A DNA stretch of 33,000 nucleotides from Camelus dromedarius (Eukaryota): NCBI RefSeq assembly GCF_036321535.1, contig NC_087472.1, positions 108,779,001 through 108,812,000 on the forward strand, in the 5' to 3' direction. Positions 11,541 to 22,043 of the stretch are shown piece by piece; positions within the stretch are counted from its first letter, which is position 1, and each line of letters begins with the position of its first letter. A program made the position numbers and the translations under genes. Below the pieces are notes generated by a model. The model did no database searches. It was not told the DNA's origin and worked only from the letters and a program-made list of their open reading frames with translations.

Positions 11541-12179
11541 CAGGAAAACATGATGACAGTTTCTCAAAAAATTAAATGTAGAATTACCATATATGATCCA
11601 GCAATTCCACTCTAGGTATAAAACCGAAAGAACTGAAAGAAGGAACTTGAACAGATATTTGCACCCCAGTGTTCTTAATAACATTATTCACAATCATCAA
11701 AAGACAGAAACAATCCAGAGGTCCACCAACCCAGATGAAAGGGTACGGAAAATTTGGTCTATATATACATAGTGGAATATTACACAGGCTACAAAAAGAC
11801 TGAAATTCTGACACAGGCTACAATGTGGATGAACCCTGAAGACATTATGCTAAGTGAAATCAGACATAAAAGGACAAATCTTGCACGATCCCACTTACAT
11901 GAAGTACCCAGAGTAGGTAAAAACATAGGCAGAAAGTGGGATGGTGGTTTCCAGAAGCTTGGGGGAGGGGGAATAGAGAGGAGTCATTACATGATGAGTA
12001 TAGAGTTTGAACTTGCTATATGTGCTGCCAAAGCGAGCTGGAGTTTGAACCTGGGAAGATGGAAAAGTCCTGGAGACAGCTGGTGAATGCACTTAATGCC
12101 ATGGAACAGTACACTGTACACTTAAAGATGGCTTAAAATGGAAAGCTTTATGTTATGCATATTTTACCATAATAAAAAA
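11541..12179 (+). mobile_element. L1MB-type 3' end (ORF2 C-terminus remnant plus 3' UTR)
   Basis: gaattaccatatatgatccagcaattccactctaggtata..tggatgaaccctgaagacattatgctaagtgaaat..gtacacttaaagatgg..tattttaccataataaaaaa; the translated VYIYIVEYY..WMNPEDIMLSEI resembles the L1 ORF2p C-terminus. Confidence 0.9.
12013..12040 (-). pseudogene. 3'-truncated (tailless) U6 snRNA retropseudogene, U6 nt 1-28
   Basis: Reverse complement cagctcgctttggcagcacatatagcaa vs U6 GTGCTCGCTTCGGCAGCACATATACTAA: 23/28 identical; flanked by perfect direct repeat gagtttgaac (12003-12012, 12041-12050). Confidence 0.85.
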
Positions 12180-12929
12180 GATCTTAAAGAAAACAAACCT
12201 TCAATGCAAATATAATTCTTCTAAAATCCTGGCTGTTGGTTACAGAGAAACTTAGATCAAAATCTTTGTGACAGTTCAAATGGGCATTCACAAGTGCACT
12301 TGGAAGCCAGCAACTCAAGAATAATATCTGCTTTCTTTTCATGAGCCAAATTCAAACTCTTCACTGTGAAGTAAAAAAACATGTACTTTGTTAACTTCAA
12401 ATACACAGGTGACATTCTGAGATACTTCCCGGTGGAGCAGAGGTATTCCCTGGAAAACAGTTTCAGAATCTTGTTCGTTTCTGGCATATCTGAATGTTAG
12501 TCAAACCTAAAAATTCTTAGGCCAGCTTCTGTCCTTGGAGAACATAGCTCCACTGTAGCAGAATGACACATTTTGATTAATTAAATTTGCATTAATCTTT
12601 GTGGTTGGGAAACGGGGATGGATGTTCTTGTTAAATCAAGGTTATCATAAAAGTCATTCAAAAAATTAACCTGTTATGCTGTCACAAGATGCTCAGGACT
12701 GTACTTGTGGTTTGTCAGCAAAACCTCTGAAGCCCAGGAAAAATGGCAGGTGTTCAGATGTAACTAATCTAGGCTGAATCATTTCTCCCACCTAAGGTGA
12801 AAGCTGTAAGGTGAGGAAAAGGGGAAGTTTAAGCACAATTCTTAATGAAAACTGTTTCCCTCATTTAAAAAAAAGTTCACAAGAATAAGATGATCTTAAA
12901 TGGCACTTTATTTCTGTGGTCTTCCTCTC

Positions 12930-13352
12930 AAAAACACCTGACTCCAGCCAAATCATGAGAAAAACATCAGACAAATCCATTGAAGAGACATTCTACAAGA
13001 TATCTGACCAGTTCTACTCAAAACTGTGAAGGTCATCAAAAAAAAAAAGAGAGAGAGAGAGAGAGAAATTGTCATAGCCAAGAGGAGCTTAAGAAAACAT
13101 GATCACTAAATATAATGTGCTATACTGGATGGAATCCTGGAACAGAAACAGGACAACAGGTGAAAAGCAAGGAAAATCTAAATATAGTATAGACTTCAGT
13201 TTTAAAAATGTATCAATACTGGTAGATTAACTGTAGCAAATATACTATCTTATTGTAAGATGTTAATAATAGAGGAAATTGGGTATGGAGTACATGAGAA
13301 CTCTCTGTACTACTGTCCCAGTTTTTCCAAAACTGCTCTAAAATAAAGTTTA
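12930..13352 (+). mobile_element. L1MC4/L1MD-like 3' end
   Basis: aatcatgagaaaaacatcagacaaatcc..caaaactgtgaaggtcatcaaaaa..ggatggaatcctggaacagaaa..gtacatgagaactctctgtact..aaaactgctctaaaataaagtt; contains a short A/(GA)n tract near 13039-13066. Confidence 0.8.
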
Positions 13353-13439
13353 ACTGCCCCCCTCAAAAGGCAATAAAATCAATCAATAAGATTAAATATT
13401 TATAATTGCAATGGAAATAAACTCATCTACTAAAAGAAA

Positions 13440-13800
13440 AACAACTTTCTCAAGATTATAGCATTGATCACGGCAAATGAGCTGAATGCCCTTTAACGGA
13501 AGCTGGATGAAATACATACACCCATATGGTGGAAATCATGTGCATCGATTTGAAAGATTCTGGTAGCTCTGTATTTGCTAACACAAAAGAGCCTTCAAGA
13601 TGTACTGGTAAATGAAAGCAGCAAGAGACCCAACAGGGTGAACACTATGCCCTTCATGCATTAGAGACGGGTCTGGAAGGCACATAACAAAAAGTAGCGT
13701 CACATCCAAGGAGAGGAGTTTAACAGTTGCAGGAGGACTTGTCACTAAACAATACGTAATGCCATTTGAATTCTGTACTATGCGTACACATTAGCTACTT
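13440..13800 (+). mobile_element. Probable L1ME 3' remnant
   Basis: aaagagccttcaagatgtactggtaaatgaaagcagcaag..tctggaaggcacata..aaa..gccatttgaattctgtactatg resembles an ancient L1ME 3' UTR. Confidence 0.5.
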
Positions 13801-13824
13801 AAGATGTTTTTAATAAAGCAGGCA

Positions 13825-13915
13825 AAGGAAAAGGAGGAAGGAAAGGAAAGAGAGAAGAGAAAAACAGAAAGAGTGCTTATCTCTTAAAAAAAAAAAAAAA
13901 AAAGAAAAGAATAAA
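13825..13915 (+). repeat. Purine/A-rich low-complexity tract
   Basis: aaaggaaaaggaggaaggaaaggaaagagagaagagaaaaacagaaag followed by a long A run and gaaaagaataaat. Confidence 0.8.
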
Positions 13916-14169
13916 TGACCTTACTGCATTTTTTCTCAGAAAGTCTCCCAAAGGTAGGTTCACTAAATTCTGATCTCCTACAAGCTGAGGAGAAGCCTCT
14001 ATGACATACAGGAGGATCCAAAGAGGCTTTGGAAACCTTTTAGGCACCATAAGCTTCCAAAAGGCATCTTCCTGACCTTTGGCTTTCTTTCTGGTCGACT
14101 GCAAACTGAGTGCCTTTGGACAGGACTGCACTGCCGTCCGTCACCCTATAAACTCACCCGGCGCCTGGC

Positions 14170-15030
14170 GCCAAATCCCAAATGCACACCTTGGGTCTCA
14201 GCCCTTCCAGTGGCACACTCATCCCTGGACCAGCCTGCACGATGTGTCCACATGGAGGTCCTGCCAGCATCTCAAACATGGCACGCCCACAGTGGGAACC
14301 TCCACCCTCCTGCCACAGACACCAACATGCCCTTCCCTCCAGCCGGCCACCTGAGTAAATGACACCTGCCTCCCACTCAGGGGTCACGTGCAGACACTGG
14401 CTCCTCTGGCCAGGACATCTGCACATCTGCTGGCGCTCCCCACAGATGTGCCCCAAATCTGAGCTATGTGAGTAGAAAATGAGACTGCCTTCTGCTGGGA
14501 CCCATTTGGAGCCACTCCACAGCACCACCACCCCCAGCAGCCAGCCACCTTCAGTGCGGTGGGAAGCCCCTGCAGGACTCACGTCCAAGCGCATCACCGC
14601 TACCATCACATCCTGCAAAGAACTGAATGGCTGGTCCCCGCACACAGCTCTCATCTCATCTCCTGCTCAGTCACTTGCTCCCGTCATGCTAGCCTGGCCT
14701 CCTTGGCGTCCTTCAAGTCTCTGGAGCTCAGTTTTGCTGCCTGCCCTTTGCATGTGGAGTTCCCTCCTTCTGGAACTCTCTTCTCCCGGCTCTTCCTGGC
14801 TGCATGCTTCAGACCTCAGCTCCTCCATCTCCTCTTCCTCTCATGTAGGACCCTTTCCACCTCGAACCCCTCGGTCATGTCGCCCCACTCATGCTTCACA
14901 GATGCAGTCCTATCAGAGCATCTTGTTTATCTGTTTCCCTGTTCACTGCTGTCTTTCAAGCAGCCTGCGCGGCCCCTGCAGCCACGTGGCTGAGCTCAGT
15001 GTGTCCAGCTCATCCTCTGTGTCCACAAAG
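14170..15030 (+). mobile_element. L2 LINE 3' remnant
   Basis: tccacatggaggtcctgccagcatctcaaacat (cf. L2 tccacttggatgtc..gcatctcaaacttaacat) and gccctttgcatgtggagttccctccttctggaactctctt (cf. L2 gcctttgcacttgctgttccctctgcctggaa); explains the three overlapping ORFs. Confidence 0.75.
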
Positions 15031-17023
15031 CTGAGCTTCACGACAGGCGCAACAAAAGACGCTTACTATACAGGCTGGGACATATGAAAACGGACAAGTA
15101 TATGAACTTAAAACAAATTCAGAATACAATGTGCTTAACACCAAAGCTCCAGGAGGGATGGCATTTTCCTCCTTGCCGACTCACGTGCCACCTTCAGGTC
15201 TCGCAGGGCCTTTTATACTAAGCGTTAAGGACAACCATAAAGTGTGCGGGAAAGGAGAAGCTGTGTGGAATCACATCCCTGTAAAGTCACACGGCCGTGA
15301 GCAGATGGCGATGCTTCCCCATGTCACCGACTGTAAGAGTTTAAATCATTACATAAAACTTAGAACCCAGTCAGTCTGACACATACACAATTACTAGGCG
15401 GCACTCTTTACTGTAAGGGCTAACAATGAAAAGACAAACGACAACCGATTCTCATAAAGGATCCTGCCATTCCCAGCAGCCGAGCCTGCCGCTGCCAGCC
15501 AGGCATGGATCTACATGGGCACAACTCAGGAAAGTGACCCCGGGAGGCCCAGGGACCAGACATGCACTCAGCTGTGCCTTTCACTTCCTCTGAGGAAGAG
15601 ACTTAAGGCGGAATGCCCGAGGCCCAAGCATGCCCGAGGCCCAGGGGTGTATGTGCACCTCCCCGAGGCCCAGGGATGCCCACGCGCCTCCCCTGCGCTC
15701 CCCGCCCCACCTCCGGATTTGCTGGCTCCCAGAGCAGGTCCAAGCTTGCTCTGCCGCCCTGCCGTTGTTAACTGCCCACTTTATTTAGATATTCCCCATG
15801 ATGAAGTATGAGCCGGTTATGGGTTTTTAGCTAAAACAAAGTCGATGCTCCCCAGACAGGGCAAGTGGGAATGATCTGAACAAACGTGGTGCAATTAGAT
15901 GTGGGCAAGAGCAAGACGGCTGGGAGGGGACGTGGAAATTCAGAAAGACGCAGAAATGAGGTTTCTGTGCAAGTGTCCTTAGGGTTTCACTAGAAACTGG
16001 AAACCAGGGGAGACCCACTCCGGCGGGGACGGTGCAGGAATCACCAGGTGGCACTTCACGGCGAGGAATCTTCCTCCCTTGGGAAGCCAAGGCATCGGGC
16101 TGCTCTCACCCTGCCGGCAGACGACTGGCAGATGACCATGTAGTCATAGGTTTTAGGTTAAAATGACAGAAAAGTAAGGTGTGTACGCACCATTGGTTCC
16201 CAGCATTTATTGGCTTTCCCAGTGAACACGGCAGCGCTCAGGTCAGATCGGGGGGTGGGGGGTGGGGGTGCTTCCACTCTCCTGTCAGAAGGCTGCCCAC
16301 ATTATCCCTGTGATAAGTAACTGCGTACAATGCACATAAATCAACGTGTGCAAACGCCGTGAGGTCCTAACTGTTAAAGCGATTACTTTCTGGAGTCCTG
16401 AGAAGACCCAAAATTAAATGGCTGTAACTTTACAATATGAAGTTACTGCAGTAGAATCATGCAATACTCTAGTCACCCTCAATTCTCTGAGGCCCCTTCA
16501 CAAAATACAAGTGTCTAACTGCTAAATATATAACACACATAAATGAAGAGTATTTTCACTACAACTAGCTCCTTAATATTAGAAAATGATACACAATGGG
16601 ATCTGAAATAAGTAAATTCAAATGAAATGAGTAAATTCTTCACTTTGTTGACTATATCAGCTTGCTTATATGAATACATTTATGAAAGGTTTTAAAATGC
16701 AGCTGCTTGTAAAGTGAGATATAAACCCATGAAAAAAGAATACATCAAGCTGATCCTTTGCGTCTAATTCCTCCCCCCACCCCCACCCCCCACCTTCAAG
16801 GACTGGCTTAAACCCGTCTTCTCAGGAGCTCATGAAGTCAAAGCCCTCTGGACCCCAAGAGGAATGATTTGCAGGGTCCCTCCTTGGGCTCCCACGGTAT
16901 CCTGCCTTCTTGGCCACGACAGAACCTACTTCAAGGTGCTGTGATGGCCTCTTGAAGTTCTGCTGCCCCCTCCAAATGCAAGACCTAAGACCCTCATATC
17001 TGTTTGCATTTACCTCCTTATTC

Positions 17024-17256
17024 TGCTGGTTCTCACCTGGGGGTGAGGCTCCTCCCCCCCCCCCCCCGCCTACCTGGGACATCTGGCAATATCTGGAGAC
17101 GTTTTTGGATGCCGTAACTGTTGAGGGGAGAGTCGCTGGAATCTAGTAGGGAGAGACCCAGGATGCTACTCAACATTCCACGGTGCAGACGACAGCTCCC
17201 ACCACCGAAAATGATCTAGGACCAAATGTCAACAGCACTGAGGTTCGGAAACCCAG
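17024..17256 (+). mobile_element. MER20 hAT-Charlie DNA transposon
   Basis: tggttctcacctgggg..gggacatctggcaatatctggagacgtttttgg..atctagtagggagagacccaggatgctact.aacattccac..ccaaatgtcaacagcactgaggttcggaaaccc. Confidence 0.9.
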
Positions 17257-19149
17257 TCTATCCCCTTACTCGTACCTGATGCATTTATCTGTTCTTCCTG
17301 GAGCCAGTGTTCCTGTTCTAGACAAGTGTAACCTCCCCCTACCCCCGCTCCTATGTTGTCTATAAGGCACCTTCTTTCTGCTGGCAGGAGCTCTATCTTG
17401 CTGTCTTTTTCCAGCGCTCAAAGACTCTTCACATTGTAACCGGCAACGGCAGGGAGGATGGCCTCACAGTCCGGCAGTCCAGAGAGCTTTAACATTTCTC
17501 TCTTCTAAAGTTACTGTCCTGAAAAATAACGCTCACGCTGCACCCCTGCCACTCCTTCAGCCTCCACAGGTTAACTCCCACTGGGAAGCATGCACATGCT
17601 CCCAAAGCTTTACAGACTGAAGACACTGTAGATATGCCACTCAATTTTACGAATTATAGGTCAGACAATACCACTATCAATGCATCATATTTCCTACAAA
17701 AATATGTACATTTAGAGCATCAGCTTCATCAAAATGGAAAAAAGAACAAGACAAAAGCCCAAGGACGGTCTGAATCTTCTAGGTCTGAATGAGTCTAACC
17801 TTTTCCTCCACCTAGAAGGCACTTTGCATGTGGTCCTGCACCGCTCTCACCAGAGACCCCATGTGCACGATCAGGGCAGGCTCTGCGGAGGGATGGAGGG
17901 ATGGAGGGAGAGAGGGGGAGAAGACCAAACTGATCAAACGTACATAAACGGGCTAAGAATTTACAAGGTATCTACATAAACACAGTAGACCATCATCATA
18001 AATACTGTTTCATCAGAATGCTTGCCACGAAAAGCAGTGCCTGCCACACACCAAAAATCTAGCCAGTTCAGCCCAAAACTAATCAGTCAAATAAAACATA
18101 TGGTGTCTTGTAGCTGTTCATCCCCCATCGCACTATTCCTACTGGATTTTAATGGCTCAATTAGTCAGGTGGTGTCAGACGGCCCAAGTCCACATTTAAG
18201 CATGCCTCGTAAATGGTGCTGCTCCCACTGGCACCTTGGGGGATAAAAGTCCGCCGTACACGTGAGGAAGCGCTCTGCCACACGTTGCAGCCTCCAACGC
18301 CTGGGTCTGCACTGCCCTCTCCCTGATTTCCACAGGGCACAGACCTCCACTTAACTGCGTGATCCTCACCAAATGGAAATTCACGCTGGCAGGTCAAGAG
18401 GAGCATTTAGAATCGATGTGCTGCGTAAAAATAATTATAATGATTTACAAAGCTCCCTGGAAAGCAAAATACTATGAAAGGCTTAGTAACAATAAAAATG
18501 TTCCATTTGCATAAATTGTAACAGCACTGCCACTGTAAGAAAATACAGTCTGAATTTACCTTATTGGGTCAGAATATCTTATTAAAACAAAATCAGGGGC
18601 TACTTACTCATCAGTTCAGTTCTCCCCTGAATCACTAATAACCCCATTCAACCTGCATGGCTATAAACTTCTCAGTAGTTTAAATGAGATCATGCCCAGG
18701 GAAAATCATTACATCTGCTCATTTCTCCACAAACCCCAGGAGGAACCCACTTTTCTTTATAATCTTTCTAATTGGCAAAGATACACTACACAGTGTTGGT
18801 TTTTTTCCCCAATCAAGTGCTATTATATGAAAGAAGGTGGTGTTTTACATATTTGTTGGAAACAGAAAAAGATCTTAAATGAACTTTAATTTTCTAATTA
18901 CATGGCTGATAATTATCAACAAGTAATTCAAACACACCATAATAACATTTAAAAGCATTCAATCAATACTCAACATTTCTGCTGGATTCTTCTTTGGTGG
19001 GTGGGGGAGTGTCTACAATTGCTAGTATCTGCGCTTTGGTAAATACTGCCCGTCTTTGAAACTTATGAAGTATAAGATAAATGCAAATATCAAAGTGACT
19101 TCACACGCTCTCATTTTTGGCACCAAACACCCAACATGCCATAGTGAAC

Positions 19150-19270
19150 AGGTATTTTTACCCACTAGAATTTGAGATTTTTTGTCTGCTTTGTTCACCG
19201 CTATTTTCCCTGCAGCTACAAGAGTTCCTGACACATGCACTAGGTGCTCAGTAAACATTCATGGCTGGGG
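19150..19270 (+). mobile_element. L2 3' terminal fragment
   Basis: ttttgtctgctttgttcaccgct..cctgacacatgcactaggtgctcagtaaacatt, the typical L2 3' end. Confidence 0.75.
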
Positions 19271-19939
19271 GACCGTGTTCCTCTAAGAGACGGAGTGAAT
19301 GCAAGAGACAGAAGAACATCTCTGTTCATTGAGAGCTTCACATGTGCAGACAGTATATGACATGCTATGCAGTGGGAAGGGTCCTGGAGACAGAAGACAA
19401 GTTCCTCCTGTACAAGAAACTTGCGTTATAAACAGCACATGTTGTGCCAAGAGACAGCTCCCAGCACTGCATCAGAGCATCTCCCACCCGAGATGAGAAA
19501 GGCAACAAAGATGCTCCCCTTTCATCCCCATCACTCCATTCAGTCCTTGTGACACGGGGTAGATCACACTCCCACGTCGTCCACAAAGAAATCTGGTCAC
19601 CTGGCTACAACTCAGAGTAAGCAGTGGGTGAGAGGCAGGAGGTACTCAAAGCTGCGCTTCCAAAGATGGGACAGCGATGCTCTCTGCAGAAGCTCTTGTC
19701 ACATCATATACGACACTGTCCCACAGTCTACAATTCTGCATCTAATGTGTATTATTTTAGTAATGTCACTTTCCCACCAGAGTGAGGGCAGGGTCGAGGG
19801 TGAGCCACCTAGATTATCATTATCCACTTCCCCTCTTAGCCCTTTGAAAATAGGACACGTGGATTTTAGGTGGATACATGGCCACACACCCCCTTCCCCA
19901 AAGTATAAGCTTTCCATGGGTCACAGGCCAATGGCTACG

Positions 19940-20110
19940 AGCAGAACTCAAATATGAACCTTCACAACTGTGCTTGTAAAGGCAATGAAGTCCCCCTCCT
20001 CAGTCCTTCTCAGGGACTGGAATGGGGATGTGATGTGATGGCAGGAGCTATAGCAGCCATTCCACACATGAGGTACGACAGAATGTTGGAGCCTCCATTG
20101 TGAGGCAGTG
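19940..20110 (+). mobile_element. Possible MLT1 (ERVL-MaLR) LTR fragment
   Basis: gatgtgatggcaggagctatagcagccatt resembles the MLT1J/K gatgtgatggctggagctgcagcagccat motif. Confidence 0.45.
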
Positions 20111-20439
20111 CTGCAGGGAGAAAGAGGTCCCTCACCCCACCCCCCAAAGTTAAAGAGAGTTACATCTTAGGCCACCAGCTGACTTGAACGACTCACCTTC
20201 TGAATTCCAACCTACCTTCCAGAAAGGTTAAAAGCTGCTAACTAACCTCATATAACACAGATTCATCAACAGGGAAGAGGGAGTAAAGAAATAAAACTAC
20301 AGCTACAAATGATTTCCTGGTCAGAAACCTAAGTATTCAGTGCATTTTCGAACCAGTTTTAATTCTCTGGCGTGCCCTGGGGTGTTTCACCACATAAACA
20401 AAGCTTGAAAAACATCCCCTTCATCAGAGGAGGCATCAG

Positions 20440-20570
20440 CTGGATGCAGCCCTGGGCGTAATTCCTGGCTCTGAACCCTTACCAGTTTCCACAGTCACCA
20501 TCAAATTAGTCAATCTGTTTGAGACTTTGTCCCTTAAGTGAACACTGGGAATACCCATCTTTATCTCAGG
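20440..20570 (+). mobile_element. Probable MIR remnant
   Basis: gccctgggcgtaattcctggctctg..ccttac..aagtgaacactgggaatacccatctt. Confidence 0.45.
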
Positions 20571-20887
20571 GAGATGCCGAGCAGTAAGAAAAACAGCGTA
20601 GACCAAGGACCTGCTCCCTTCTAAGTGAGCCCCACCTGCTCATGGCCAACAACTGACATATCCAAAGTGGGGACTGGCACAGGGGAGGCGGATAGCCACA
20701 CACGAACATGCCTCACGGTGAGCCAAACAAGTCGTCAGCCTGACTCACTCGAGTGTACGGAATGCTTTTCCGAGGGTGAGAGTGAAAGCAGGGCCCCGTG
20801 TTCAGGCTGGGATTTTATCGCCAACCAACAGCTTGGAATTTCAAGCATTGCTTCCCTCCTTTGTCATGTGAGAACTCAGATTGAGAT

Positions 20888-21391
20888 CTGCATAGTCCAA
20901 AGGAAATGTCAGGCCAGCTGACATTAAGACTAAAAAAATTAAAAATATAAAGAGAGACCGGTGAAATGAATTTTCACTATTTATTTAAATTTAACCCATA
21001 TTTTCCAAATAGTATCATTTCAACTATAGTCCGTACTAAAATAAAAAATTACTGAGATCTTCTGTATTCCTTTTTCCTACCAAATCTCCAAAATCCCCAA
21101 AAGTCTATGTATTTTCCACTTGTAGCACATTTCAATCAGGAAACTAAATTTTCACTGGAAATACATGACTTCTATTACAGTTCAGAAAATGTACACTGAA
21201 AACACAAACTCACATACCCATGGGGTTCTCAACATAAAACTTTTCCAAAAGCTGAATCGAGGACCTATGTTTAAATTCAAGTCAATTGAAAGCAAATACA
21301 GTTCTCACGTCTGTTCCTCAGTGTGACCCTAGCCACACTGGGGTACTCCACAGCTCCATGTGGCTAGCAGCCACCTTCCTGGGCAGCGCAG
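20888..21391 (+). mobile_element. MER33/Charlie1-like hAT element
   Basis: ggtgaaatgaatttt..atttaacccatattttccaaatagtatcatttcaac..gtattttccacttgtagcacatttcaat..ctccatgtggctagcagccacc..gggcagcgcag terminal inverted repeat. Confidence 0.8.
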
Positions 21392-21691
21392 GTCAGCATG
21401 GCTACGAGGAAGTCTTCAGCAGCTAAAACCCTTTGCCTGTGGTCTGCAGGATGGAAGGGTACCGGGACTCTCTAGGCCACATGACTCTTCTTTAATTGGT
21501 CCACGTGCAAATTTTTAAATGATGTTCCTACAACATCCTTCTTCTCACCCAATTCCAAATAGATTAAAAACCACAAACTGCCCAAGTGTAAAACTCTTCC
21601 TTCCTAAAAATATTGTTTGAAAATTATTTTTCATAATATGAGTTTATTTTCACAATTTTTGGTAGATATTGGAGTTTGGGGGTCTCAGGTT

Positions 21692-22043
21692 GGACTGACC
21701 AATATGCTGAGTCCAAATGGAGATGTGCTGTAGGTGAAAATGAGACACTGGATTTTGCAGACCCGGTCTGAAAAAGGAAAGACCATAAAATGTCTCTTGG
21801 AAAACTTTTTTAATATGGATCATTTGTTGAAATAATACTATTCTGGATATACAGAGTTCATTAGAAGATATTGGATTATTATATATTAAAATATGTATTG
21901 CAAATAATATTAACCTAATATGCATTTAGATACATACTGCAGTATTAATTTCATGGTTTCTTTTTACCTTTTCTTACTGTGGCTACTAGAAAAGTTTAAA
22001 TTACATTCGTGGCTTGCATTCTATTTCTACTGGACAGTGCAAA
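21692..22043 (-). mobile_element. MER33 hAT element
   Basis: gagatgtgctgtaggtgaaaatgagacactggattt..tgttgaaataatactatt..tgtggctactagaaaagtttaaattaca..gtggcttgcatt.tatttctactggacagtgc is the reverse complement of recalled MER33. Confidence 0.85.

Noticed and set aside
12258-12365. Minus-strand acceptor ttttttacttcacag followed by an open frame (KSLNLAHEKKADIILELL...)
   Set aside because: No convincing donor before the stop codon and no recognisable homology.
14154-15087. Three long overlapping ORFs (202, 166 and 144 aa), the longest in the window
   Set aside because: They lie on a C/T-rich L2 remnant; the products are Ser/Pro/Leu low-complexity with no domain, and overlapping open frames on both strands are typical of chance in such sequence.
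16250-16794. G6TG6TG5 tract at 16250 and complementary C6AC5AC6 tract at 16773 as convergent G-quadruplexes or an inverted repeat
   Set aside because: Each has only three full G3+ runs, so neither is a canonical G4; such low-complexity tracts are common.
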